Assembly (NCBI GenBank): GCA_021786315.1
Contig: JAJYNN010000002.1
Location: 100,160 to 164,159 of the forward strand
DNA length: 64,000 bases
DNA from: a bacterium
Lineage (GTDB): Bacteria; Patescibacteriota; Microgenomatia; Daviesbacterales; UBA10151
Direction of reading: 5' to 3'
The position numbers and the translations under genes are program-made. A model generated the notes under the pieces. The model searched no databases, was not told the origin of the DNA, and was given only the letters and a program-made list of their open reading frames with translations. Positions 1 to 9,931 of this stretch are shown piece after piece. Position 1 is the first letter of the stretch. Every line of letters starts with the position of its first letter.

Positions 1-2
1 TT

Positions 3-863
3 GACAAGGATGGCAGGATTCATTCGACTTTTAATGTTGAAGGTGCGGCTACCGGCAGGCTTTCCTCGGAAAATCCCAATTTACAAAACATCCCCATTAA
101 GGGGGAGATAGGTTCAGAGATCCGCAAGGCTTTTGTGGCGGCCAAAGGTAAGGTACTCCTGGCTGCGGACTACTCCCAAATTGAGTTGCGGATTATGGCC
201 CACTTGGCCGATGATCCGGGGTTAAAGAAAGCCTTTAATGAAGGTTTGGATATTCATACAGCAACCGCTTCCAAGATTTTCAATGTTCCTGTTTCCGAGG
301 TAACGAAGCACCAAAGAATGATCGGCAAAACCATGAATTTTGCTACCCTTTACGGCCAGGGACCGCATGCTTTGTCCCGCCAGCTGGGGGTGGATTATGC
401 CACCGCACAAAACTATATCGCCGAGTACTTTGCTCAGTTTCCCAAGGTCAAAGACTGGATGGCCAGGGTGGTTTCTGATGCCTATACCAAAGGCTATACT
501 GAAACTCTTTGGGGTAGAAAACGGTACTTTCCGGAATTAACCACCGGGGTTAATCGGGCCTTCCGGGCAGCGGGGGAGCGGGCGGCGGTCAACCACCCGG
601 TGCAGGGGACAGCAGCGGATATGATTAAAAAGGCCATGGTGGAGATTGATGAAGAATTAAGAATTAAGAATTCAGAATACAGAATGATTCTTCAGGTGCA
701 CGATGAATTGGTTTTTGAGTGTGACCCCAAGGAGGTAGAAAGTACGGCCAAATTAGTCAAAGAGAAGATGGAAAATGCCTTGAAACTCTCGGTGCCGGTC
801 ATTGCCGAGCTTAAAATTGGCCCCAACTGGGGCGAGATGAAGCCTTTGGATATGCTAAAATAG
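3..863 (+). CDS. polA: DNA polymerase I, C-terminal polymerase domain (5'-partial, starts before window)
   Basis: Frame-3 translation from position 3 reads ...GRLSSENPNLQNIPI...LLAADYSQIELRIMAHL...QVHDELVFE, the classic Pol I family A motifs A, B and C. The ORF is open to the window start. Confidence 0.9.
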   Translation, partial: DKDGRIHSTFNVEGAATGRLSSENPNLQNIPIKGEIGSEIRKAFVAAKGKVLLAADYSQIELRIMAHLADDPGLKKAFNEGLDIHTATASKIFNVPVSEVTKHQRMIGKTMNFATLYGQGPHALSRQLGVDYATAQNYIAEYFAQFPKVKDWMARVVSDAYTKGYTETLWGRKRYFPELTTGVNRAFRAAGERAAVNHPVQGTAADMIKKAMVEIDEELRIKNSEYRMILQVHDELVFECDPKEVESTAKLVKEKMENALKLSVPVIAELKIGPNWGEMKPLDMLK

Positions 864-867
864 ACCC

Positions 868-1188
868 ATGATTGAAATTCCTCCAGGTTTAAATGATTGG
901 TATGAGAAGGAATTACTACATCAAATGATTTCGGATAGTGGCGCCAAATGTCCGTTCGCTAAAAGCTCTCAGTGTGTGATGCAGGAAGGAGCACCTGTCT
1001 GTGATAGATACGATGAGGATGTTAGGGAGTGTGACGTTAGGCAACAGGGGATAGAAGAGTACATTTTACCTCTTCTTAAAAGGCGGGGTCTACACGAAGG
1101 TGATCAATTTTTCGAAGAGATTTGTCGGTCATTTGGAGAAAGAGTGCAAAAAAAGATTGATAAAAACCCTAAAGCACTAGACCACTAG
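868..1188 (+). CDS. hypothetical small Cys-containing protein
   Basis: 106-aa ORF immediately after the polA stop. No recognisable motif. Confidence 0.35.
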   Translation: MIEIPPGLNDWYEKELLHQMISDSGAKCPFAKSSQCVMQEGAPVCDRYDEDVRECDVRQQGIEEYILPLLKRRGLHEGDQFFEEICRSFGERVQKKIDKNPKALDH

Positions 1189-2097
1189 CTTTTTTACTTC
1201 CCGTGTTTCAACCTCATAATGGGTAAACCCGGTTTTTTCCAGGATTAAAAAGATTAATGACAGTAGGGGCGAAAGAAAGATTGAAAGAAGGGAAGAAAAT
1301 GTTTGCAGGGTAAAAAAGAGGATGACAGCCAAAAAGATGGGAATGTATTTTTGATAAGGAGCAATAAAGTTATCAATTTGAGAACGGATCATCGGTTTAA
1401 TTAGTTCCTGGGGTGAAAGCTGGCTTTGGGATTGGCTCTGTGTTTTGATGGTTTCCAAAACTTTGGGATCCAGCCCGAATTGTTTTAAAGCCTGGGGGTT
1501 TTTCTCCAACAGGGCAATTTGTTCGGGGGATAAGGCTGGAAGGTTGTTTTCCGTGCTGCCTACCGCCAATTGGTCTTTAGGGATAAATTGCAGGCTCATA
1601 TCAATTAAAGAATCAGGGAGGGTGAAACCTTTTTGGGTAATGAATTGATCAGCTGCTAGGTAAAACCCCACCGAGGAAATGATAACAAGCAAGGTTATCA
1701 GCTGTTTTGTTTGAGGGGAAAGTAGATTGGAGGCCTGGAAGGTGAGGTAACTTTTTAATTTTTGTAAAAGTAAAAAGGAGACGGCAAATAGGGAAAGCAG
1801 CAATTCCCCGGCAACAATGAAGCTTAACGGTGCCGGTAAAAGAAGGATGGGGGAGATCGCGGCAATGAAAATTACCGGCAGGATATACTTTAAATCGGAG
1901 GTCAAAGTAACAAAAACAATAAATGATAGTCCGGATAAAACAATTAAAGCTGAAAGAATAATTGTTTGAACCAGGATCTTAGTATCTAAGGATAAAACAA
2001 AATTAGGATCCTGGAGAAAGCCACTAAATTGAAGTAAAAACCCACAAAGGAAGAGGATAAAGGGCAGGGCAAAGAAACCTTTTTTTAGAAGATCCAT
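1177..2097 (-). CDS. hypothetical polytopic membrane protein
   Basis: 306-aa ORF with multiple hydrophobic segments and an SQSQSQ low-complexity stretch. Confidence 0.5.
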   Translation of the reverse strand: MDLLKKGFFALPFILFLCGFLLQFSGFLQDPNFVLSLDTKILVQTIILSALIVLSGLSFIVFVTLTSDLKYILPVIFIAAISPILLLPAPLSFIVAGELLLSLFAVSFLLLQKLKSYLTFQASNLLSPQTKQLITLLVIISSVGFYLAADQFITQKGFTLPDSLIDMSLQFIPKDQLAVGSTENNLPALSPEQIALLEKNPQALKQFGLDPKVLETIKTQSQSQSQLSPQELIKPMIRSQIDNFIAPYQKYIPIFLAVILFFTLQTFSSLLSIFLSPLLSLIFLILEKTGFTHYEVETREVKKLVV

Positions 2098-2203
2098 TAA
2101 TCAAGTGTAGCATTTTTAATGCTTGTGGTCATTTTTGGGAGAGCCTTGAGAATTTTATCTTGAGCTGATTGACAATGTTTTTGGATTTACTTATAGTGTT
2201 TTT

Positions 2204-2899
2204 GTGGAAGGTCACGAATTACCTACTAATCAGTCAGGGTCTGCAAGTAATGAACGCATAAGAGCTATTGAGTTTGTTCAAGAACATGCAGTGGGGGAAA
2301 TTCAAGTTGCGAGAGAAAGGCTTGCTGAAGAGCAGAGGAGACTGAGAGCATCTCAGGAGCAGCAGGCTTATCCTACGGAAAGAACTGTGGAAAAAGTTCT
2401 TTATCTGCTGGAATTAGTAGAGCATAGTAAATATCTAAAAGAATATTTCCAAAGGATGGGCACAAAAATAGACTTTACTCCTTGGCGGCCTTCGTCAAGC
2501 CGCGTAGCAATAAGTATAAGCCGTATACCAGGATTAAGAGGGTATGGGAAACCGGAAAGCGAAGTGGAGGGCTTGATAGTGTATCGGGCTGATGAGAATC
2601 AGCTTCGTTTATTTGGAGCCAAGGATCCTCATAGCCAACTTGGACCTAAGTATGGCGGTGCCTATTTACAGCCTGTGACTGCCGAAAGAAGTATTCATGT
2701 ATTGGCGGACAATGGAGATGCGCCGAAAACCCTGAATTATTTGGGAAGCTTGAACAAGGAGGTTATCCTTGAGAAGCTTGAGAAAGCAGTTGATCCGGAG
2801 GGCAAATATCATCAAGATAACCCAGACACTGCCGGTTCGGGGGAAGTTGCAACAGAAGACACCGGGAAACTTCTGCAATTTAAGCCAAGGAATAATTAA
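2204..2899 (+). CDS. hypothetical protein
   Basis: 231-aa ORF with no recognisable domain. Confidence 0.4.
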   Translation: MEGHELPTNQSGSASNERIRAIEFVQEHAVGEIQVARERLAEEQRRLRASQEQQAYPTERTVEKVLYLLELVEHSKYLKEYFQRMGTKIDFTPWRPSSSRVAISISRIPGLRGYGKPESEVEGLIVYRADENQLRLFGAKDPHSQLGPKYGGAYLQPVTAERSIHVLADNGDAPKTLNYLGSLNKEVILEKLEKAVDPEGKYHQDNPDTAGSGEVATEDTGKLLQFKPRNN

Positions 2900-2969
2900 A
2901 AACTAAATTTTAGGTGGTTCTTCATCGCTAAATAGCTTTTTTCGCTCTTTCTGCTAAAATTTATCCATT

Positions 2970-4109
2970 ATGAAAGTAGCGTTGGTTCATGATTATTTAG
3001 TGGAATACGGTGGGGCGGAGATGGTGTTGGAAGACTTGCACCGGATCTTTCCCGATGCTCCCGTGTACGTTTTTTACCTTTACCCGGAAGGTTTGGGGAT
3101 TCATTACCAAAGGATCAAGGATTGGAACATTAAAACTTCCTGGTATCAAAAGATGCCGGGAGCAAGGAAGTTCCTCTCAGCCGCCAGGATGATTGCCCCC
3201 TGGACTTTTGAAAGGTTTGACCTTTCCGGGTTTAATGTGGTTATCTCTTCCTGTAACACCCATTTTTCCAAAGCGGTCAAAACCGGTCCCCATACTTTGC
3301 ATATCAGTTATATCCATACCCCGCCGAAGATGCTTTATGGGTTTACCACCTCCTTTAACTATAAAAAGCACTGGTACACCAAAATTGCGGCGGAAGCAGC
3401 CAACTATCTCTTAAGGATTTGGGATTTTGAGATTTCCCAAAGGCCGGATATCTTGGTGGCCAATTCCAAAAATGTCCAGGCCAGGATTAAAAAGTTCTAC
3501 CGCCGGGAGAGTGAAATCATCTACCCAGGGGTGGATATTAGTGAATACAATAAAGCCAAAAAGATTAAAGGTGATTATTTCCTGGCTTTAAACCGGTTGA
3601 TGAGAGGGAAGGGGACAGAAATTATTGTCGAGGCCTGCACCAGGTTAAACTTGCCCCTAAAAGTTGCCGGATCGGGATGGGAATTGGAAAACCTGAAAAA
3701 GATTGCCGGGAAAAATGTGGAGTTTTTGGGGGCGGTGACTGAAGAAGAAAAGATTAAGCTTTTGGCCGGAGCCAAAGCCTTGATTGTGGCCACGGAACAG
3801 GAGGATTTCGGGATTACTCCGGTGGAAGCCATGGCAGCTGGGACACCGGTAATTGCGGCCAAATCCGGAGGTTATTTAGAAACGGTTGTCGAAGGTAAAA
3901 CCGGGGAATTTTTTGCAGTTTCTCCGGATTTGGGAGGATCGAGAAAATATGTGGATGAAGAATCAGCGGGTCATTTAATGGAAATTTTAAAGGATTTTCA
4001 ACCTGAAAAATACAATCCGGAAGAGTGCCGGAAACAGGCGGAAAAGTTTTCCAAAGAGAGGTTTAGAAAAGAGATTTTAGATTTAATAAAGAAAAATTTG
4101 CCGGGTTGA
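2970..4109 (+). CDS. glycosyltransferase family 4 (GT-B fold)
   Basis: C-terminal EQEDFGITPVEAMAAGTPVIA matches the GT4 E-x7-E donor-binding motif. Confidence 0.8.
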   Translation: MKVALVHDYLVEYGGAEMVLEDLHRIFPDAPVYVFYLYPEGLGIHYQRIKDWNIKTSWYQKMPGARKFLSAARMIAPWTFERFDLSGFNVVISSCNTHFSKAVKTGPHTLHISYIHTPPKMLYGFTTSFNYKKHWYTKIAAEAANYLLRIWDFEISQRPDILVANSKNVQARIKKFYRRESEIIYPGVDISEYNKAKKIKGDYFLALNRLMRGKGTEIIVEACTRLNLPLKVAGSGWELENLKKIAGKNVEFLGAVTEEEKIKLLAGAKALIVATEQEDFGITPVEAMAAGTPVIAAKSGGYLETVVEGKTGEFFAVSPDLGGSRKYVDEESAGHLMEILKDFQPEKYNPEECRKQAEKFSKERFRKEILDLIKKNLPG

Positions 4110-4140
4110 ACTTTTAAAGTTAATCTGAAAAACTAAGGTA

Positions 4141-4428
4141 ATGAGCAGGGTGGAGGAAATATTGGCCAGACAGACAGGCATTGAGGAAAAACTTGGCCTT
4201 CCTCATGGGTATATTAAGGATTGGAGTGTATCCCGGTACCAGCTACTTGAAGCCCAAAGAGATGACGAAAAAGCTTTGGTTCAGGCAGAGGTAGTAGAAA
4301 TTCTAGCTACACCCCCAAAAGACAAAGCCGCAACTAATTGGCCATTGGTGGGAGCAATCAAGCGTTGGCTGGGAACCAAGGCTCAAGAACCTGTACAAGA
4401 CTCTCTGCCATTTCCCTCCCGGTCCTAG
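4141..4428 (+). CDS. hypothetical protein
   Basis: 95-aa ORF with no motif. Confidence 0.3.
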   Translation: MSRVEEILARQTGIEEKLGLPHGYIKDWSVSRYQLLEAQRDDEKALVQAEVVEILATPPKDKAATNWPLVGAIKRWLGTKAQEPVQDSLPFPSRS

Positions 4429-4449
4429 AGTTTGTAGTAAAATGCTTTT

Positions 4450-5310
4450 ATGCCGGAACTTCCCGAAGTCGAGACAATCAAAAGGGGACTGGAGAAAAAG
4501 ATTATCGGATTGTCTTTAGAAAAAGTTGTTATCTTAAACCCGAAAACCTTCCAGGGTGACCCCCAAACACTACAGGGTAAAAAAGTACTCAATATCTTTC
4601 GAAAAGCTAAGATGCTGGGGATAAATCTCTCTGGTGATACAGCTATTGTTTTCCATTTAAAAATGACCGGGCAGTTAATTTTTGTCGGTGATGGGGAAAG
4701 GCTTTTGGGAGGTCATCCAACGGAGGATATGAAGGGGCAGATGCCCAATTTTTCTACCCGGGTAGTCTTTGAATTTAATGATAAATCCAAACTTTACTTT
4801 AATGACCAGCGGAAATTCGGCTGGGTAAAGGTTTTCAAAAGTTCAGAATTAAGAATTAAGAATTATGAATTACTTGGTAAACTGGGACCAGAGCCTTTAG
4901 AGCCGGAATTTACTTGGCAAATTCTTAAATCTAACCTCTTAAATCATAAATCTCAACCTGTAAAGGTTGCTTTGATGGATCAGTCGGTAGTTTCGGGAGT
5001 GGGGAATATTTATGCCTCTGAATCCCTCTTTTTAGCCCGGATTGACCCCCGAAGAAAGGTGTCGACATTAAGTGATGAGGAATTCAAGAAATTACACGAT
5101 GCCATTATTGAATCCCTGGATTCTTCCATTAAAGCCGGAGGTTCCACCCGGGCTCATTTTGTCAATATTGAAGGGGAGAGGGGATACTTTTTAGATTTTG
5201 CCAATGTCTATAACCGTCAGGGCCAAAAGTGTAAGGGTTGTCCGGGTAAGGTAGAAAAGATCGAACAAGCTGGTAGAGGAACATATTTTTGCCCCAGTTG
5301 CCAAAAGTGA
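4450..5310 (+). CDS. mutM: formamidopyrimidine-DNA glycosylase
   Basis: N-terminal MPELPEVE with catalytic Pro2/Glu3. C-terminal zinc finger CKGCPGKV...YFCPSCQ. Confidence 0.9.
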   Translation: MPELPEVETIKRGLEKKIIGLSLEKVVILNPKTFQGDPQTLQGKKVLNIFRKAKMLGINLSGDTAIVFHLKMTGQLIFVGDGERLLGGHPTEDMKGQMPNFSTRVVFEFNDKSKLYFNDQRKFGWVKVFKSSELRIKNYELLGKLGPEPLEPEFTWQILKSNLLNHKSQPVKVALMDQSVVSGVGNIYASESLFLARIDPRRKVSTLSDEEFKKLHDAIIESLDSSIKAGGSTRAHFVNIEGERGYFLDFANVYNRQGQKCKGCPGKVEKIEQAGRGTYFCPSCQK

Positions 5311-5323
5311 ATATAATCAAAAT

Positions 5324-6310
5324 ATGGAAGTTCAGGAAGATTTTATACCAACTCAAGAACAGAATAAACGCCTATATTACACGGAGTTTAAACCTCATGA
5401 ATTTTCCGTTTCAGGTAAGGAAGTAAGGCCGATAATTTCAGCAAATATTATCTATTTTGGTGGAACTTTTGAAACGCCTCACACTCCATCAACTGCAGAT
5501 CTTAGACAGTCTTGGGCTGATTACAGTGGGTCTAACAGTTTTGCTTTCATGCCTACAGAGAATGCGGAAGATGTCCGCCAGTTCATTAAGGGAAGAGGAC
5601 TTAAAAATGTGGTTTTGGCAGGATATTCACAAGGAGCAATGAGGGCAATTGAATTAGCTAAATTAATGCAGGGTGAAGGATCAGAAGCATCTGTTGAGGG
5701 TTTGGTTTTATTGGAACCAACAGGGTTGTACCAGCAGGGAGAATTTGAACTGGCCATGAATTTTGTTCTTGATAGCGCAGTAAAAACTCCATTAGGCCTT
5801 GTAAAAAATCGGGAATACATAAGGAGGGGAATGGGAGTTTTAAGAGAATTTTTACCCAGAGGAGTTCCAACTCCACCGGATGCACCCTTCCTCGACGCAC
5901 CTTCTTTAAGGAAACAGATAGCGGTTATGAGTAAGGTGCATCCAGATTTAGGGGATATTCAGGTGCCGGTTGTACTTATGCAAGGGGAACATGATATTGT
6001 ATCTGCTCATGGAAAGGTTGTGCCCAATGAGGTGGAGGAACAGAATTCTGAGAGAAAAAGCTATATCAATAAGCTTCAAAGTCTCAGACGCCAGTTGGGG
6101 AAAAAATGGAATGAATTTGAGTTTCCTAGGTTTGAAGACTTAAGAGAAACCTTTCTCAAACAGCATATTTTTCCTAAAAGCCCTTATGTAAAGATGATGA
6201 TTCCTGAAAGAGCCGGCCATCACGGAGTGGCGATTTTTAGGCCCGAAGAGGTAGCTAAGACATCTCTTTATATGCTTAGCCGTTGGAGCCGGCAAACCTC
6301 AGAGAAATAA
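5324..6310 (+). CDS. alpha/beta-hydrolase fold protein
   Basis: GYSQG nucleophile elbow (G-x-S-x-G) at ...VVLAGYSQGAMRA. Confidence 0.5.
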   Translation: MEVQEDFIPTQEQNKRLYYTEFKPHEFSVSGKEVRPIISANIIYFGGTFETPHTPSTADLRQSWADYSGSNSFAFMPTENAEDVRQFIKGRGLKNVVLAGYSQGAMRAIELAKLMQGEGSEASVEGLVLLEPTGLYQQGEFELAMNFVLDSAVKTPLGLVKNREYIRRGMGVLREFLPRGVPTPPDAPFLDAPSLRKQIAVMSKVHPDLGDIQVPVVLMQGEHDIVSAHGKVVPNEVEEQNSERKSYINKLQSLRRQLGKKWNEFEFPRFEDLRETFLKQHIFPKSPYVKMMIPERAGHHGVAIFRPEEVAKTSLYMLSRWSRQTSEK

Positions 6311-6364
6311 GTTTTCCTGTGTCTGGTATAATGTCTTTTAGCTTCACCGGAAGCGGGGTGAGTT

Positions 6365-7741
6365 ATGTCGGAAAAGCCAAGTTTTTCCTCGGTCATTGCC
6401 AATAAAGGTTTCCGTTATCTTTGGTTCAACCAGATTCTGGTCCAGCTTGCCTACAACACCCTAAACTTTGCCTTGATTATCTGGGTCTATAAACTGGTTG
6501 GGTCCAATCTGGCCGTTTCTGTCCTGATGCTTTCGATTTACTTCCCGGTAATCTTGTTTGGGATCTTTGCCGGGGTGTTTGTGGATATTGCCGACCGGCG
6601 CAAGATTATCCTGGCGATTGATATCCTGCTTTCAGTAGCCTTTTTACTCTTTATCCTGATTAAACGGTCTTATCCTTTGATCTTACTAAATACATTTCTG
6701 GTCAACTCTTTGGCCCAATTCTTTATGCCTTCGGAAAGTTCGTCGATTCCGATGCTGGTGTCTAAAAAGCAGCTCTTTTTGGCCAATTCCTTGTTTTCGC
6801 TGACCCTTTACGGGGCCTTTATGGTTGGCTTTTCCTTGGGCGGCCCGGTCTTAAACCATCTGGGGATTAATGCTATCTTTTATTTAGGATCGCTGGCGCT
6901 TTTTTCAGCTTTCTTTATGGCCCGGAATCTGCCTTCAATCAAGGTTTCCCGTCCCAAAAAAAGCTTTGGCAATTTACTTTCCTTAAAAAATTTTCGTTTT
7001 ATGGTCAATTTGACCCTCAAAGAGGGTAAAGAGACAATTGAATTTGCCCGGGGTAGAGTAAGGGTGGCGGCAGCAATCGGGTTAATGTCAGCCGTCCAGG
7101 GGGTAATCGGTGTGCTGGCGGTGGCGATGCCGGATTATCTGGAGAGGGTATTAATGATCCACGCCAGCGATTCATCGTACTTTTTGGTGATTCCTTTGGG
7201 GTTAGGAATGATTACCGGGGCCTTAGGGATAGGCCGTTTTCTGCATGGAAAGTCAAAGCGGTCGATTGTTGTTCCGGCTGTAATTGGCACCGGGTTGGTG
7301 TTTTTGTTTATTGGGGCCGTGCCTGCTTTGGCCCATCTTTTACAACTCAAAGACCTTCCGTTTTATATGGGCAAGCCGCGTTACTTTTTCCATGCTCCGT
7401 CCCTTTCCTTCTGGCTGGGAATTGCCTCATTTTTTGTGGGGATTTTCATGGTTTCCATTATTGTCCCTTGCCAGACAGTGTTGCAGGAAAGCACTACTGA
7501 GAGAAACCGGGGAAAGATATTTGCAGTGCTGGCGGTGGTGATGACGGGATTTGCCGCCATTCCTACGGTGGTGGCCGGAGGAATTGCCGATGTAGTGGGG
7601 GTGACCCCTTTAATTACTGCCATGGGAGCGGTAGCTTTTATCTTTGGGATTATCGCCTTGCGTCCGAACTTCTTTTTCCGGGAAAAACACTTACCGTTTA
7701 AACTTAAGGAATTTTTAGGTTTGGGGCACTGGATCCAATAG
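6365..7741 (+). CDS. MFS-type transporter
   Basis: About 12 predicted TM segments. VFVDIADRRKI matches MFS motif A. Confidence 0.6.
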   Translation: MSEKPSFSSVIANKGFRYLWFNQILVQLAYNTLNFALIIWVYKLVGSNLAVSVLMLSIYFPVILFGIFAGVFVDIADRRKIILAIDILLSVAFLLFILIKRSYPLILLNTFLVNSLAQFFMPSESSSIPMLVSKKQLFLANSLFSLTLYGAFMVGFSLGGPVLNHLGINAIFYLGSLALFSAFFMARNLPSIKVSRPKKSFGNLLSLKNFRFMVNLTLKEGKETIEFARGRVRVAAAIGLMSAVQGVIGVLAVAMPDYLERVLMIHASDSSYFLVIPLGLGMITGALGIGRFLHGKSKRSIVVPAVIGTGLVFLFIGAVPALAHLLQLKDLPFYMGKPRYFFHAPSLSFWLGIASFFVGIFMVSIIVPCQTVLQESTTERNRGKIFAVLAVVMTGFAAIPTVVAGGIADVVGVTPLITAMGAVAFIFGIIALRPNFFFREKHLPFKLKEFLGLGHWIQ

Positions 7742-7763
7742 GATTTGTGTTAATATCTTCAGG

Positions 7764-8876
7764 ATGGTTTTAAAAAATCTCACGCTGACTAATTTCCGTA
7801 ATCTTGCCAAGGTGAATTTAGAGTTTTCTCCGGTGACGGTTCTCTTGGGTAAAAATGCCCAGGGCAAGTCCAATATTTTAGAAGGGGCCTATTTTCTGGC
7901 CACCACTAAGTCGCCCCGGGCGGAAAGGGACTCCCAGCTGATTAAACAGGGGGAAGAATTTGCCAGAATCGAAGGTAGCGTGTCAGAGTGTCAGAGTGTC
8001 GGAGCGTCAGAAAATTCTGACATGCAGACACCCCGAAACGCCGATATTCTGAAATTAGAAATTGCTATGCAAAGAAGAGAGGGGATGGAGGGGGTAGAAA
8101 AAAGGGTTAAGGTAAACGGGGTGGCAAAAAGGGTGACGGATTATTTAGGGAATTTAGTGGCGGTCCATTTTGCCCCGGAGGATTTGAATCTGGTTACCGG
8201 ATCGCCGGCTTTGCGGCGCTGGCATGTGGATTTAACCTTGGCCCAGGTTGACCGCCGGTATAAAAACGCCCTGACCCAGTACCATCAAGCCTTGGTTTCC
8301 CGAAACCGGATCTTAAAAAATATCAAGGAAGGGACAGCCAAACTTAATGAACTGGATTACTGGACTAACCTCATAGTTGAATCAGGTGAGGTGGTCAGCG
8401 AGAAACGAAGATCGTTTTTTAAGAGCCTTAATGAGGAAGCGATAACTTTAAATAATTTGGGCGATTTGAGGTTTACCTACGAAGAAAGTGAAATTTCTGC
8501 CCAACGAATCAGGGAATATTTGAGCCGGGAAGTGGCCGCAGCTACGAGTTTAATTGGCCCCCACCGGGATGACTTTATATTTAAACAATCAGGACACGAT
8601 TTGGCCTATTTTGGATCCCGGGGCCAGCAGCGGATTGCGGTTTTAGCCTTAAAACTCTCGGAACTGAAATTTATGCAGACAATTACCGGGATCAAACCGC
8701 TGCTGATTTTGGATGATGTTTTTTCCGAACTGGATGAAGCGGCCCGGGATTTTGTGGCTGAGGTTATCTCAGACCAGCAGGTGATCCTTTCTGCTGTGGA
8801 GAAGGAACATATTCCGGAGAAGCTAAAAGAGGGAGCCAAAATAATCCGGGTGGAGAAGGGGAAAATTATCTCTTAA
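7764..8876 (+). CDS. recF: DNA replication/repair protein RecF (with in-frame repeat insertion)
   Basis: N-terminal Walker A LGKNAQGKSNILEGAYFLATTKSPR. C-terminal LILDDVFSELD (Walker B / D-loop). Confidence 0.85.
   Translation: MVLKNLTLTNFRNLAKVNLEFSPVTVLLGKNAQGKSNILEGAYFLATTKSPRAERDSQLIKQGEEFARIEGSVSECQSVGASENSDMQTPRNADILKLEIAMQRREGMEGVEKRVKVNGVAKRVTDYLGNLVAVHFAPEDLNLVTGSPALRRWHVDLTLAQVDRRYKNALTQYHQALVSRNRILKNIKEGTAKLNELDYWTNLIVESGEVVSEKRRSFFKSLNEEAITLNNLGDLRFTYEESEISAQRIREYLSREVAAATSLIGPHRDDFIFKQSGHDLAYFGSRGQQRIAVLALKLSELKFMQTITGIKPLLILDDVFSELDEAARDFVAEVISDQQVILSAVEKEHIPEKLKEGAKIIRVEKGKIIS
7979..8052. repeat. GC-rich palindromic repeat (core GAGTGTCRG), copy inside recF in frame
   Basis: gtgtcagagtgtcagagtgtcggagcgtcagaaaattctgacatgcagacaccccgaaacgccgatattctga. 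Related copies lie at 38101-38190 and 41947-41988. Confidence 0.7.
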
Positions 8877-9144
8877 CCTTAAAGCGGGAGGCCATCCGGG
8901 AGAGTTGGTAGGTGATAAGGACAGCGAAAGAGGTAATAATTACGGCATAAATTAACCGGGATAAAAGGCCCGATCCGGGAATTCTTGGTTCAACGAATTG
9001 GTTAACGAAATCCTGGATAGCCTGGTTCCAGGCTAGAGCAGCCACTAACCCAAACCCTGAAGTGGCTAGGGTTAGCATCTGGGTAATTAGCTCCTGATGG
9101 AAGGACTTCTCCTTTTCCTTTTGAGTCTGACTTTTCTTGACCAT
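8866..9144 (-). CDS. hypothetical small membrane protein
   Basis: Two hydrophobic helices. The start is chosen at the internal Met (MVKKSQ) to avoid overlap with the downstream gene; the longer ORF would extend to 9279. Confidence 0.4.
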   Translation of the reverse strand: MVKKSQTQKEKEKSFHQELITQMLTLATSGFGLVAALAWNQAIQDFVNQFVEPRIPGSGLLSRLIYAVIITSFAVLITYQLSRMASRFKVKR

Positions 9145-9211
9145 ATGTGAGTTTATTATATCAGAAAGATAACTGCTTGAATTTTGCGGGAAATATGCGA
9201 GAATTAAAGGG

Positions 9212-9928
9212 ATGAAAAAGCCAGCGGCCTTTGCTTTCCTTGACCGTTTACCCTCGCTTTGGCTACCAATTACGCTCATTGTAGTTTATATCCTGGTGGC
9301 TTACCTGACCCGGGATATACTGCCTTCTTCCGAAGAAATAGCCACCAACTTTGCCCGGCTCTTTGCCCGTTATGGGTATGAGATTGTTTTAGTGGGGGCG
9401 TTTTTGGAAGGGGCGTTAATTATTGATATGTTTGTCCCCGGAGGATCAATTGTTTTAGTGGGGGCATACTTTTCCAGTATCGGGGTAATTTCCTATCCGA
9501 TCTTTTTATTATCTTCGGTAACAGGATTTGCAGCCGGATTTTTCCTGGATTTTTTGGTTGGTTACTACGGATGGTCAGATGTTTTGGACAGGGTAGGGTT
9601 GGGAAAACAACTATCCTTGGCCAGGGAAAAGGTCAAAAAACACGAAGGGAAAGCCTTTATCTTAGGTTATATCCACCCCGATTCTTCAACTATTGTGGCG
9701 GCTGCCGCCGGGGCAATAAAGATGGATATCGGACGTTTTGCTTTATATAATGTTTTAGCGACTTTTATCTGGGTGTCTGTTTGGACCGGTTTGGTTTACC
9801 TTTTTGGACCGGTAATCCAGAAGGCTTTTGAAGGCAAAATTGCCTATATTGCAGTTATTCTCTTAGTGATAGCAGCAATTTTGGGGTGGTTTGGGCTAAA
9901 AAAGGTTCAAGATAAGGAGAAGAAGTAA
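9212..9928 (+). CDS. DedA/VTT-family membrane protein (putative)
   Basis: Polytopic protein with Gly-rich VPGGSIVLVGAYF and a YGYEIVLVGAFLEG segment, typical of the DedA family. Confidence 0.5.
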   Translation: MKKPAAFAFLDRLPSLWLPITLIVVYILVAYLTRDILPSSEEIATNFARLFARYGYEIVLVGAFLEGALIIDMFVPGGSIVLVGAYFSSIGVISYPIFLLSSVTGFAAGFFLDFLVGYYGWSDVLDRVGLGKQLSLAREKVKKHEGKAFILGYIHPDSSTIVAAAAGAIKMDIGRFALYNVLATFIWVSVWTGLVYLFGPVIQKAFEGKIAYIAVILLVIAAILGWFGLKKVQDKEKK

Positions 9929-9931
9929 GGT

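Noticed and set aside
222-540. ORFs 222-410 (-) and 340-540 (+)
   Set aside because: They overlap the well-supported polA frame and have no motifs.
8866-9279. Possible MscL identity for the small membrane protein
   Set aside because: The sequence does not match the MscL N-terminal amphipathic helix or the conserved TM1 pattern, so it is left as hypothetical.
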